NCBI GenBank assembly: GCA_030141605.1
Contig: JAQGDQ010000354.1
Span: forward strand, 62,001-126,000
DNA from: Tubiluchus corallicola
Lineage: Eukaryota > Animalia > Priapulida
Length of the DNA stretch: 64,000 nt
Reading direction: 5' to 3'
Shown here: positions 1-12,092 of the stretch, piece after piece
Numbering within the stretch: the first letter of the stretch is position 1
Layout: the number at the start of each line of letters is the position of its first letter
Translations under genes and position numbers: made by a program
The notes under the pieces: model-generated
What the model saw: only the letters and a program-made list of their open reading frames with translations
Database searches by the model: none
Told to the model about the DNA's origin: nothing

Positions 1-172
1 CTGTGGCCATGACCATGACAAAGACGATGATGATGATGATGATGATGGTGGTGATAGTGGTGGTGGAGGTGACTGTGGCCATGGCCGCGACCATGACCAT
101 GGCGATGAGGGTGATGATGTTTATGATGGTGATGGTGGTGATGGTGCTTCTTATGTTGTTGATGACAATGAT
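1..172. repeat. (GAT/GGT)n degenerate microsatellite
   Basis: Trinucleotide low-complexity run. Confidence 0.9.
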
Positions 173-315
173 CAGTTTTGCATAAAAGCTTGACTAGTAA
201 GCATTTCAGGTTCTTATGCTCCTGTGCTCCTGGATCATGCTCTCCAGCTGTTATGCAGTAGATTTTGTACGGTCAATGGCGTAAATTTTGAAACTAAAAT
301 GTTGCTATATTGCAG

Positions 316-3300
316 ATACGAAGCTGGAGATCATGTTGCCATCTATCCTGTTAATGATTCTGCACTTGTGAATCGAATTCAAGAATTGCTAGACATAGAC
401 CTTGATACTGTCATATCTATGAATAATGTAGATGGTAAGAAGTTTTGCAAAGCAAAGTATTTACGTTTTATAAACAAATTTTAGTTTCTGTAGAAATGCT
501 GGCTTGAATTATATTCAAGAATTGCTTGTCTTAGTTTAAGTCAATATTTTATTTCATACTTAATGATGATTTTGGTTTATTACGTTGCTTATGAACTTTT
601 TGTCCTCAAAATTGTGTTATTTTGCTTAGATTTATGCATTTAACTTTATTCTGTTTATTTTTTGTTTTTAATTTCTTGAGAAATCCTATAAATTTGTTTT
701 GTTTTCTTATTGATTTTGTTATCTGCAGCATCACAGTTTATTTTTATTATTAAAACTTTCTGTATGAAAGGGAAGGAGAATAGATGACCTGTATGTTCTT
801 CCCTGCCCTCCTCTGTGAATGCAGTTATCTAACATTTAACTGAAACTATTGCTGTAAAATTACGTTGGAGAAAATGAATTTTCTATGTCTATGTATGTAG
901 GTGTTCTATGTGTATGTATGTCTAAATGTAGGTGTTCTTCGTATATGTATGTCTAAATATAGGTGTTCTATGTCTATGTATGTCTAAATGTAGGTGTTCT
1001 ATGTCTATGTATGTCTAAATATAGGTGTTCTATGTCTATGTATGTCTAAATGTAGGTGTTCTATGTCTATGTATGTCTAAACGTAGGTGTTCTATGTCTA
1101 TGTATGTCTAAATGTAGGTGTTATTTGTCTATGTATGTCTAAATATAGGTTTTCTATGTCTATGTATGTCTAAGTGTAGGTGTTCTCTGTCTATGTATGT
1201 CTAAATGTAAGTGTTCTTTGTCTACGTATGTCTAAATGTAAGTGTTCTATGTCTACGTATGTCTAAATGTAGGTGTTCTGTCTATGTATGTCTAAATGTA
1301 GGTGTTCTATGTCTATGTATGTCTAAATATAGGTGTTCTATATCTATGTATGTCTAAATGTAGGTTTTCTTTGTCTATGTATGTCTAAATGTAGGTGTTC
1401 TATGTCTATGTATGTCAAAATGTAGGTTTTCTTTGTCTATGTATGCCTAAATGTAGGTGTTCTATGTCTATGTATGTCTAAATGTAGGTGTTCTATGTCT
1501 ATGTATGTCTAAATGTAGGTGTTCTGTGTCTATGTATGTCTAAATATAGGTGTTCTATGTCTATGTATGTCTAAATATAGGTGTTCTATGTCTGTGTATG
1601 TCTAAATATAGGTGTTCTATATCTATGTATGTCTAAATGTAGGTGTTCTATGTCTATGTATGTCTAAATCTAGGCCTCGATACTGTCACGTCTATGAACA
1701 ATGTAGAAGGCAGTGGTAGTTCGTGTATAGGTACTCTGGAACTGCAGCACCCCCTATTTTCACTCAGTATTATCGATAATATTTAATTATAATAATTAGT
1801 CTTTTTTCTTTAGTTCTTTCTTTATACTTATACGGAACCAGAGCATGTGAGGGTAGTACTGTTTGCTTCACAGCCCAGCACAGTGGTGTGTTTGGCTGTT
1901 GTGCTCACATGTCTAAGATAAAACACTGTATGCTGCACTGCTGACATTTGCTGCTAGGTAGAGAAAGTGCTGTCGCTCACACAGTTTGTTGTCAGTTGTC
2001 ACATGTTTAAAAACCGTGTACCGGCATATTCGTGAACTGCAGCAATTTAGGCTATTTATTAGCAAAAAATTTTTGGTTTAGGATTTTATGTAGTTTATGT
2101 ATAAATTTTCGCATGTTTGTTTGTTTAAAATTACAATTACAACATTAAAATTATATAACTTTGTTTCGTTTTACGCAGTATTAAAACAATGGCTAAAAAT
2201 TTTCTGGATCGGCGTCCCTAGTTAATTTTAGTTACGAGTCGCCGCTGTTAGACGGTGAGATTGTTCAATTGTAAATTTTAGTTTCTATAGAAACCTTGTG
2301 TGCAGATGATGGCTCTTCAGCGATAGAACTTTAGTAAACACTTGAAAAAAAACTTAAAATTAAGAGTATATGTAAATGATAATAATTAATAATTCTAAAT
2401 TTTACTTTGAACATGCTTAGAGCGTGCGTGTGTATGTTCAAGTGTTTTCAAACATGTCTGGACACTTGGGAGTCGGATAACTACCTTTTCAGCTATGTAA
2501 AATGGATGTTTATTTTTTTTTGACAGAGGATTCCAGTAAAAGGTATCCATTTCCCTGTCCAACTACATACAGAACCGCGCTTAGTTATTATCTTGATATC
2601 ACGCACCCACCACGTACGCACGTCTTGAAGGAGATGGCCGAATATGCTGAAGTTCCGGAGCACAAAGAATTTCTAAAAAAACTGTCGGCACCAACGCCAG
2701 AGGGAAAGGTACTGAGATTCTTGCAAAATATGTATAGGCTTCTGTTCATTAAGATATAAGATAAGATATAAGACTTATTTATTTCACTCATCCAGTGTGA
2801 TTAAATTATAAGGGGTGAGTGAGTAGATGACCTATGGTCTTTCCTCGCCCCATCTCCACAGACAAAGTTATTTTTTTTGTAAAACGAAAATCTGTGACAC
2901 AAATTGGAGAAAAATAAAATGTCTATGTCTATGTCCAGTGCAATACAAGTCAGCCAATAATGAAATTATTTTTTGTAGAAGAAAAAGTGTAAGGGCAGTG
3001 TACAACTAAGTCCTGAAAAACACTGTCGTTATATATTGTTCATTTACAGAGTTTAGGTTTGATGACTTCACTCTATGTAACGCAGGTCGCCATTAATTCA
3101 TCATTAAAAAAATATCATTAACATATTTTATAGGCCTATTGTAGAATTCATATGCATGTTAATCAGTATGCATAATTATTTGAATAAGATGGACAATAAT
3201 GGTTGGTTGTTGGTTGGCATCCTTCTGTCTCGGAAGACAATGGAGTGTGCGCCAAGAGAGTCAGTTATTGATCACATTGATGGAGCTGCAGCGTCGACTG

Positions 3301-6300
3301 TGGCTGAGCAGTCCGCTCCTTGAACGTCTCCAGGGCGCACGCCTGGGTAAGCTGTATGGAGATCCTGAGTTGCCCAGACAACAGGAACCCCCTCTCTTCC
3401 TCCCTGGTGTAGTCCAAAGGAAAGCGGAGAGATACGTTTGAGAGAGTCACTTGACCTCCTCCGCCCTCTAGCCGTTGGCTGCTTGTGCAGCTCCACCTAG
3501 TGTCGACATACAGTGTGGGCATCCTGCAAGCCTACAGCACCTGGTATTCTTAGGCGATCACGCATCCAAGTACTAACCTGGCTCTACGTTGCTTAACTTC
3601 GGTGATCAGACGAGAACCGGTGTTTTCAACGTGATTTGTCTATATATATATATAGGCAGACGATCGCCTTCGGACCGACATCTCCCCGCTTTTGTCCTGC
3701 AAACCAAGACATTCGTGTAATTTTTTTTGTGAAAATTTGTACCATTTAGCTGTTTTAAATTATCATTTTAGTATTTCTTTTATGTATTTTTTTCTGTACG
3801 GCGTTCACCTACATATTTATATAGATTTTATGCTATACAAAAATGGATAAACTTAAACTTGTCGATTTGTTCGTCGTCAACTTCTCGCAAATGCTGACTG
3901 TCTCAGATTAAATTGTTCTGTAAGCATATCTTCCAGTAAAAAGAGCAAATTCAGCATGTGTCATCGTCTCACTTTGACATTATATTCATTTTCAATCAGT
4001 GTAATGTTATTTTCAGCATTTATATCGGGAATGGATATTAGATTCATGCCGGAATATCGTCTCGGTTTTGGAAGACCTTCCGTCCGTCAAGCCAGCTATT
4101 GATCATCTTTGCGAACTGTTACCACGCTTACAAGCTCGGTATTACTCGATCGCTTCATCTCCAAAAGTGAGTGTACTTTGAGGAAGTTTTGTTTTTTTGT
4201 AAAAATGCTTACCTCTGCTGTTAGTGCTTATTGCATAAGATGTCAAGTGGGTCGGTATCCGCTATGATTTAGTTTAGTTTTGTTTAGTTTATTATAATAT
4301 AAACTAAACTCACGTTCAGTACAATATAATGACATTAAGCACACAGTTACATCAAAATTGTTACTTCATACTGTAATAAATTATTATGTGTCATACACTA
4401 TTGTTATCATAAAAGAATAATTGTAAATTGATGATGATGGTGATGATGATGACGACGATGATGATGATGTGATGGGAATGGTGGTAGTGGTGATGGTGGT
4501 GATGTTGAAAGTGATTGTGATGGTGATGATGATGACGACGATGATGATGACGATGATGACGATGATGATGATGATGATGATGATGTGATGGGGATGGTGG
4601 TGGTGGTGATGGTGGTGATGTTGAATGTGATGGTGATGGTGATGGTGATGACAACGATGATGGTGATGATGACAAATGCTATATTTCACAGACACAAATC
4701 CACGTAAATACAATAGACAATACACAAACATAAATAAACAATGCATGCAGGAACACGTCTTCAAAAATACTGAAGCAAATGTACACTCTCGTCTGATAAG
4801 TCTTCCAGAGATTTAGTTACTAATTAAGAATAGATTTGATTTGGTTTAACTCTTTATTTCGAACTAGTTTCATAGAATACATAACATACAATCATTACAA
4901 AACATACAATAATTATAACCCCTCCTCTCAACACATACAAATTAATACATAAATAAATAAGATTGCAGAACTGAAATCCCCGACACAACAAACGTAGCTA
5001 GACTCTGTAGTTTCAATAATAGAGATGAGAGTGCCTAGACAATGCCTAAATTCATCAAAATTATTATCAGCTTCATAGGGAAAGTAAACATTAATTAATA
5101 CAAGTGGCATTAACTTATCAGGAAATGAAAGAGAAATATCCATTACTCTGCATTCGTTATGATAGGTAAGTATTTTACTGGTAACAGGAAGAGTTTTTCG
5201 CTGATTCGTTTTTTTTGTCTTTCCAATTGCTCTCTTGTCATTCACAATAGTCTCGGCTCTCTTGGGAAGATACTCTACTGCATGGTAAATTGCGTTTTCT
5301 AGTCGTATACTCGACGCGTATTAACCAATAGGCTGACTAGGCTATCACTTAGGGTGCCAAAGTTTTGAGGAGCGCCACATTTTAGAAAAAATTTTCTCCT
5401 CGGAAAATGTGTATAAATTCATGTTCATGTAAAGAGCGCATTTTACAACACACCACAGGCAGTTACCAAAGGCAGGTTGCATATAAGTGCCACATAACAA
5501 TCAGGGGCAAGGTATTACACAACAAGCAGTTGCACAACCTATGAGGGAATATGAGCGGAGACAGAACTATCAGCCTAGGGCATCATAAAGTGTTGTACGC
5601 CCCCGCATATACTAACATTGTTCAGCACATTTTTATTATACTAGCACACTAGAGAGAAACAGTTTTTTGTAGATTAGCAATTTATGACTTTAGAAGATAG
5701 TTTTTTCTCATAAAAGCTGAGATTGTCATCATTAGAATGTATTGCTTTACTTTAGGTACATCCAAACAGTATACATATAACTGCTATACTCGTCGACTAT
5801 ATTACACCAACCGGACGCAACAATAAAGGTGTCGCCACCTCGTGGTTAAAACTAAAACAACCAGCCGGTGAGGAACTGCCTAAGATTCCGATCTATGTGC
5901 GTAAGTCGCAGTTCCGCCTTCCGTTCAAGACGGCCACGCCGGTGATTATGATCGGTCCAGGAACGGGTCTCGCACCTTTCCGAGGCTTCGTTCAGGAGCG
6001 TGATTTTTACAGACGTGAAGGTATGTACGGCTAAATTCACTGTAGATTAGCTTAAAGGTCAAATGTAACCATAGTCAGATTACCACCTAGACTAGTCAGG
6101 CTGCAGCCTAGGGCCCCCCTCAAGCTTGAGGTGCCATGCTAAAAGATTTTCAAGAATGAGTATAATATTGTTGCGGAGCCCTCCCCTGGGGGCTGCCAGG
6201 TGGTCGAGGGCCGCGAAGACGGCTGAGCAGTCAGCTTCCGTTGGCGCGCTTTGCATTCTACTAGGACAGAGTGCAGAGAAAGAAATACAAAAGATAAATA

Positions 6301-9300
6301 ATCAGGTTCAAACTACGCCGTACCTACCCCAAATCCTGTTAAGCACTGAAAAGAGCAGCACACATGGTGGACGTGAGCACGACAGAGACGTAGTAACCTA
6401 CGTGCTCACCGCTTTTATAGCAAGTGACCTTGCGCATGCGCAAAGTCAACCTTGACCAAGCGTGGCCGCAACAATATTTTAATATTGCTGAGTAATTCGT
6501 TTAACTTATAATAAAATTTCAACTTTAAAAATGGAACCTCGGGAGTCTAAAAACTCAATGCTAAAAAAGATTGTTTGTGGCCAGTTATTTGAGATTAAGG
6601 GGCGTTGGCTCAGTATGCGTGGCCACCATAATTATTGGCATCCTTCTGTCTCGGAAGACAATGGAGTGTGCGCCAAGAGAGTCAGTTATTGATCACATTG
6701 ATGGAGCTGCAGCGTCGACTGTGGCTGAGCAGTCCGATCCTTGAACCACTGGAATGGCCTCTCCGGGGCGCACGCCTGGGCAAGGTGTATGGAGATCCTG
6801 AGTTCCCCAGACAACAGGAACCCCCCCCTTCCTCCCTGGTGTATTCCAAAGGAAAGCAGAGCGATACGTTTGGCACTAGGTTGGCTGCAGGAGCTGCCGG
6901 AGTCAGTGAGCATGCTGCACTGGTCCGACTTCGGGGCTCCACTCATGATTTGGAAGGTTTACTCCTCTACACATGGCCGTTGGGTCACTTGACCTCCTCT
7001 GCCCTCTAGCCGTTGGCTGCTTGTGCAGCTCCTCCGCCTAGTGTCGAGATACAGCGTGGGCATCCCGCAAGCCTACAGCACCTGGTATTCCTAGGCGGTC
7101 ACCAATCCAAGTACTAACCAGGCCCTACGTTGCTTAACTTCGGTGATCAGATGACAACCGGTATTTTCAACGTGATATGCCCGTAGTCCACCATAATTGC
7201 CACCATAATTTCATTAGCTTTGGGGCCCCCGAAGGTCATAATGTGGCCCTGAATACAGCATGATTTATGAACTATGTTCTAACTAAGTTTTTCTGATGTG
7301 TCTTAGTTCAAATGTACTAATTTTTGTTGAAAAGTGGGCAGTGGTGGCTCGTGTATAGGTACTGTGCAACTGCAGCACCCCCAATTTTCACTCAGTATTA
7401 TTGATAATATTCAATTATTATAAGTCTTTAGTTCTTTTTTTATACTTGCACGGAACCAGAGCACGTGAGGGTAATACTGTTTGCTTCACAGCCCAGCACA
7501 GTGGTGTGTTCAGCTGTTGTGCGCATGTGTCTGAGATAAAACACTATGCTGCACTGCTATCGTCTGCTGCTGCGTAGAGAAAGTACTATCGCTCACACAG
7601 TTTGTTGTCAGTTATCACATGCTTAAAAACTGTGTACCAACATACTTTGCCAGTCTTGAAATGAGTAAAATGGCTGATGCGCTTGTTTTGCTGTTTGGCA
7701 TTCCTTACGAGTTCTGCGTTACAGAAATGATGTGGTATCAAAAGAAGTCATTGCTAGCACAGTTAGATTGCAATTTTCCGAAGTTTCATGAGCAAAACTG
7801 CAGAAAATGTTGGGGGGGAATCCTACTTCGAGACCCAGTTTCATTAGGAAGGAAGCCATGAAATTTAATAAGATTAGTGCCAAACGTTAATGGTTAGCTG
7901 CAATATTAAGTTATGTTTAATGCAATATTAACTACCATCATGAATATTTCTTATTATTAGTTAAAGATTATTATTTCTGCAAAACTATTTATCAATACTA
8001 AATTAGAAAGACTGAAAAAATTTTGCACCTCCAGTGGGCCTCGAACCCAGGCCTTCTGCTTTCCGAGCAATTATTTGTCTCGTTATTACCCTAAGACTGA
8101 TTTCTGTTGCTTTTAAAGGTAAACCGATGGGCGAAACAATATTGTACACAGGCTGCAGGAATAAAGCTATTGACTACATATACGGCGATGAATTGGACCA
8201 GTACCACAAGGATGAGTCATTGACAGAGTTAAATGTTGCATTCTCACGTGATCAGCCTCATAAAGTTTATGTTACACATCTACTGAAGAATAATGCGGAG
8301 AAAGTGTGGAAGATACTGAACGAACAGAGTGGTCACATTTATGTGTGCGGGTTAGTGTGATTGTTGATGTTAAGTTTGTTTAAAGTAAAACATATTCTAT
8401 CCCATTTTGAAGTATGGTAAAATGTATACAGTTTAACACAGAATAATGTCAAGCATTTCTGATATTCGAAGTATGATCCTTTATACCGGGTGGCATAGCT
8501 CAATGGTAGTGTGCTGGCTTCCCACCCGGGAGGTTCTGGGTTCGACTCTTGACCGAGTCATACCAAAGATTTGAAAAATGGTGCCGCTGGTTCTTCGACC
8601 AAGCACACAGATTTATCGTAGTAACGTGCGTGTTATAATAATCAGGACTACTTTGGAAATAAGTATTAAGTTACTTAAAAGAAAACCAGACGATTGTGTA
8701 AACATTACTTCAGCATAAAAGTATGCTCTAGCATATTGAAAACTACAATAGCTTTTTTAAATCAAAGCCTAGATTAAATAATAATTACCTCGGATACTCA
8801 AATTTTATTAAACTTTCAAAGCTACGCGTGGCTCAGTCAATCTACTTAAGATTGGCAATGGCGCCTTTTTGTCACATTCGCGTGGACGACAAATAGAAGG
8901 CGGTACCGTGATAACCATGATCATGAACTGCAGTGTTAGTTTCTGACGTCATACGTGGAGCCCATTTCTCCTGACATCACACATTTAAACAGTAAAAGTT
9001 ACGGAAACGTGCTTGACGTGCTAGGGAAGATGACTGTTATTGCACAAACTGTGGTTAGTTTCTGGCGTAAGCAATAGCTGTGTTCTGTTGCCATTAATTA
9101 ACTTTCTAAGGTGATTATTAAAATATAAGAGACAATTGCTAAGTTTTGCAGACAAGAAAATGTATATTTTGGACAGTGAATTCAAATGAGATTGAGTCTA
9201 AACAATCGCCTGGTCTTCCTTTAAGATGTTATCCGTGGATCCTAAACAAAATTATTATCATATATTTTATGGTTTGCACTTATTTATCAAGATTTACCTT

Positions 9301-9470
9301 CTAAAGTTTTCTTTCGTATTTTCAGTGATGCCAGAAACATGGCAAGAGATGTGAATAATTTGCTGATGAATCTTTGTGAAGAACATGGTGGAATGAATTC
9401 AGAGCAGAGTGCATCATTTATCAAAAAGTTGGAGACGAAAGGTCGTTATTCGAAGGACGTCTGGAGTTAG
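316..9470 (+). CDS. POR: NADPH-cytochrome P450 reductase, 3' part (5' exons outside window); exons 316-434, 2527-2708, 4017-4166, 5756-6020, 8119-8350, 9326-9470
   Basis: GT-AG exons join in frame: RYEAGDHVAIYPVND, PFPCPTTYRTAL, LLPRLQARYYSIASS (FAD binding), MIGPGTGLAPFRGF (NADPH binding), GCR, HIYVCG-DARNMA, C-terminal GRYSKDVWS*. Confidence 0.96.
882..1673. repeat. About 31-bp minisatellite (TATGTCTAAATGTAGGTGTTCTATGTCTATG)n in a POR intron
   Basis: About 25 near-identical tandem units. Confidence 0.95.
1711..2247. mobile_element. hAT-like MITE family A
   Basis: TIR CAGTGGTAGTTCGT..ACGAGTCGCCGCTG; degenerate 8-bp TSD gtagaagg/ttagacgg; related copies at 7339, 12093, 29808. Confidence 0.8.
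3201..3657 (-). mobile_element. 5S-derived SINE copy with internal deletions and a (CCAA/CAA)n tail
   Basis: 5S head 3528-3657 (with TA expansion); body collinear with 6634-7068. Confidence 0.88.
4429..4673. repeat. (GAT/GGT/GAC)n degenerate microsatellite
   Basis: Trinucleotide run producing spurious poly-His/Ser/Ile ORFs. Confidence 0.9.
4960..5190 (-). mobile_element. Non-LTR retrotransposon APE endonuclease fragment
   Basis: LINVYFPYE...YVCCVGDF resembles APE motifs (NVYxP, GDFN). Confidence 0.6.
6169..6473 (-). mobile_element. Probable solo LTR
   Basis: TGTTGCGG...CCGCAACA termini, 4-bp TSD ATAT on both sides, CTATAAAAG on minus strand near 6412-6420. Confidence 0.7.
6634..7188 (-). 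mobile_element. Full-length 5S rRNA-derived SINE (SINE3 type)
   Basis: Minus-strand 5S head 7188-7069 (GACTACGGGCATATCACGTTGAAAATACCGG..GTACTTGGA..AGGTGCTGTAGGCTT) followed by about 430 bp of non-5S body; flanking direct repeat CCACCATAATT (6623-6633 / 7188-7198). Confidence 0.9.
7069..7188 (-). pseudogene. 5S rRNA-derived sequence (SINE head, not a tandem 5S gene)
   Basis: About 120 nt matching metazoan 5S rRNA with A and C boxes; no oligo-T terminator; fused to SINE body. Confidence 0.85.
7339..7645. mobile_element. MITE family A, truncated copy
   Basis: Collinear with 1711-2030. Confidence 0.75.
8487..8610 (+). mobile_element. tRNA-derived SINE fragment with Meta-SINE-like core
   Basis: A box TAGCTCAATGG, B box GGTTCGACTC, then GAGTCATACCAAAGATTTGAAAAATGG. 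Confidence 0.7.
8675..9224. mobile_element. TTAA-flanked MITE (Kolobok/piggyBac type)
   Basis: TTAA-AAGAAAACCAGACGATTGTGTAAAC vs GTCTAAACAATCGCCTGGTCTTCCT-TTAA inverted ends. Confidence 0.7.
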
Positions 9471-10519
9471 CCTTGCTAAATGCCTGCTAGTATATTAAGT
9501 ACATTGCTAGGTAATATTTTCACTGTGACACCTGGCACGATCATGTCATTCCAATTATCAAATTGGTGTTTATTGTTGTGAATGCTAGACCAGTACGTGG
9601 CCAGTTTTGGCTAATTTTGATGTGTGTGTACATCACTTGTGAATACAGCAGTATGTGCGAATGAAAACAACCATTTCAAAAATCATTTTTGCACATTTAA
9701 AATTGGAATTTTTTAAAATATATCTCAAAGGACTTTCCATACCATGTTATGTTAATTAGCATTATGCTTACCTTTTATAAGACTTACGTAATTGAAAAAG
9801 AAAATTCTTGATAATTTAGAGTGTTTGTGCCAGCAGGTAAAATGTCGTTCTTTTCGCTATCCCAGTGTGCATCACTGTTTCACCAAAAAACACATTATCG
9901 ATCTTATTGACAATGTAAAGTAATTTAAACCTTTGCTTAGTTAGTGACGTGCGCGCTCTGATTATTTTTCAAACTTTATCTAATGTTATCTAAAACTTAT
10001 CTAAACTAATGTTATCTAAAACTTATCTAAACTAATGTTATCTAAAAGTTTCAAACGACTTACAGTCAAAGTAAGGCTGTAGCTCACGATCATCACGGTT
10101 TTGTACAGAGTTGCTGTCAATGCAGGCTGTGTGTGCAATAAGACAGCATGTGGGTGACACAAAATTTCAAGATTAATTTTAACTTTATATAAGAATACTG
10201 TTTTCTTACGCTGTAAGTGTTTGGCCCAAGTATTTTCTAATCTAACTAGAAAATGGCAAATTTCCACACTCCTGAAGTAACTTTTGAATACCAAATGTAG
10301 TGAAATTAGTTTAGTTATTTGGTCGTTTAAACAACAGTAAACATCCGGGGTTTCTAAAATTCAGTCCAGTTACGCGTGTGTAGGATAGGATGACCATTAA
10401 GTAAATCGCCAAATTTCGGAAATCTCGCATTTCCTTCGAATTTGTTGTGCCAGACTTTTTATTTTATGAAGTCTGACAGTCTGAGTAAGAACAGATTTAT
10501 TACAGCGTTCAGTTGAATC

Positions 10520-10780
10520 ACTGTAGAAAGTGAAGCAAGGTGGTTACCCATCCATTTACTATACAGCTACAGCATTGCTTTACATCTCCCCAGACACTCT
10601 GTGTGACTGTAGACAGTGAAGCAAGGTGGTTACCCATCCACTCACTATGCAGCTACAGCATTGCTTAACATCTCCCCAGACACTCTGTGTGACTGTAGAC
10701 AGTGGAGCAAGGTTGGTTACCCATCCATTTACTATACAGCTACAGCATTGCTGTACATCTCCCCAAACACTCTGTGTGCT
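10520..10780. repeat. About 86-bp tandem repeat x3
   Basis: GTGAAGCAAGGTGGTTACCCATCC.. recurs at about 10530, 10616, 10702. Confidence 0.9.
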
Positions 10781-10866
10781 CAGTTAGTCATCCGACTGCA
10801 CAAAAATATAAATGATGTAAACGTTTACGTGCCAATTATGATAAACTATAGCAGATTATCCGAAAT

Positions 10867-11460
10867 NNNNNNNNNNNNNNNNNNNNNNNNNNNNNNNNNN
10901 NNNNNNNNNNNNNNNNNNNNNNNNNNNNNNNNNNNNNNNNNNNNNNNNNNNNNNNNNNNNNNNNNNNNNNNNNNNNNNNNNNNNNNNNNNNNNNNNNNNN
11001 NNNNNNNNNNNNNNNNNNNNNNNNNNNNNNNNNNNNNNNNNNNNNNNNNNNNNNNNNNNNNNNNNNNNNNNNNNNNNNNNNNNNNNNNNNNNNNNNNNNN
11101 NNNNNNNNNNNNNNNNNNNNNNNNNNNNNNNNNNNNNNNNNNNNNNNNNNNNNNNNNNNNNNNNNNNNNNNNNNNNNNNNNNNNNNNNNNNNNNNNNNNN
11201 NNNNNNNNNNNNNNNNNNNNNNNNNNNNNNNNNNNNNNNNNNNNNNNNNNNNNNNNNNNNNNNNNNNNNNNNNNNNNNNNNNNNNNNNNNNNNNNNNNNN
11301 NNNNNNNNNNNNNNNNNNNNNNNNNNNNNNNNNNNNNNNNNNNNNNNNNNNNNNNNNNNNNNNNNNNNNNNNNNNNNNNNNNNNNNNNNNNNNNNNNNNN
11401 NNNNNNNNNNNNNNNNNNNNNNNNNNNNNNNNNNNNNNNNNNNNNNNNNNNNNNNNNNNN
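10867..11460. other. Assembly gap (N run)
   Basis: 594 N. Confidence 0.99.
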
Positions 11461-12092
11461 ACGTTTACGTGCCAATTATGATAAACTATAGCAGATTATT
11501 ATGGTTAGTTGTGTCTGTAAATTAGATCTTTGCCTAAAATGTTTCGATCATCGTGTTATAATTGATGAAATACTTTCGTAAAATAATGTAAAATTGTACA
11601 GTGATAGAATTATAATTATAGACTGCCCAATAATTTTGTTAGTAATAGTGATTTATGATTTGGGAATAATTATCACGCGGGGTAAATAGCAAAACCACTA
11701 TTAGTTTGTTAAAAGTTTTGCACAGAAACTGCAGCTAAATTATGCTAATTGCATGGTATTTCAAACATTTCGATGATAAAGAATATATGTGGCTGAAGTG
11801 CTGAATTATTCGAATATATAATTTTAGGTTCGAATCGAATTCGAACTAAAAAAACTCGTTTGAATCGAATTTGTACGTTTGATGCCCATCGTTATTTGCG
11901 GACTGGAAAATACTAGTATCCACTACTATTTTTCGTAGAACATATTTATGCCTGCTTTTAATAATTAACTTTTACAGCATATTCTCGATTACCTGGACAC
12001 CATGTTAATTTGCTGTTGCAATATGTGCGAGGCGTATGGACTAGCTTTTATCGCCACGTAACTTGCATGAGTTTTCAAAACTAGAGAGCAAA

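Larger units (their letters stand above)
6070..7251. mobile_element. Degenerate hAT-like MITE hosting the solo LTR and the 5S SINE
   Basis: Imperfect TIRs (CATAGTCAGATTACCACC / GGTCATAATGTGGCCCTG), GGGCCCC subterminal motifs, partial 8-bp TSD aatgtaac/aatacagc. Confidence 0.45.

Noticed and set aside
3528-3657. Functional 5S rRNA gene (also 7069-7188)
   Set aside because: Fused to a dispersed SINE body, mutated, no terminator, TSD-flanked in one copy.
3199-7009. Repeated peptide [18 protein letters not shown].. in three ORFs (third at 26449-26769)
   Set aside because: Antisense translation of SINE copies with inconsistent frames.
8487-8560. tRNA gene
   Set aside because: Imperfect cloverleaf that continues into a SINE core.
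10616-11491. Long ORFs spanning the gap
   Set aside because: Artefacts of the N run.
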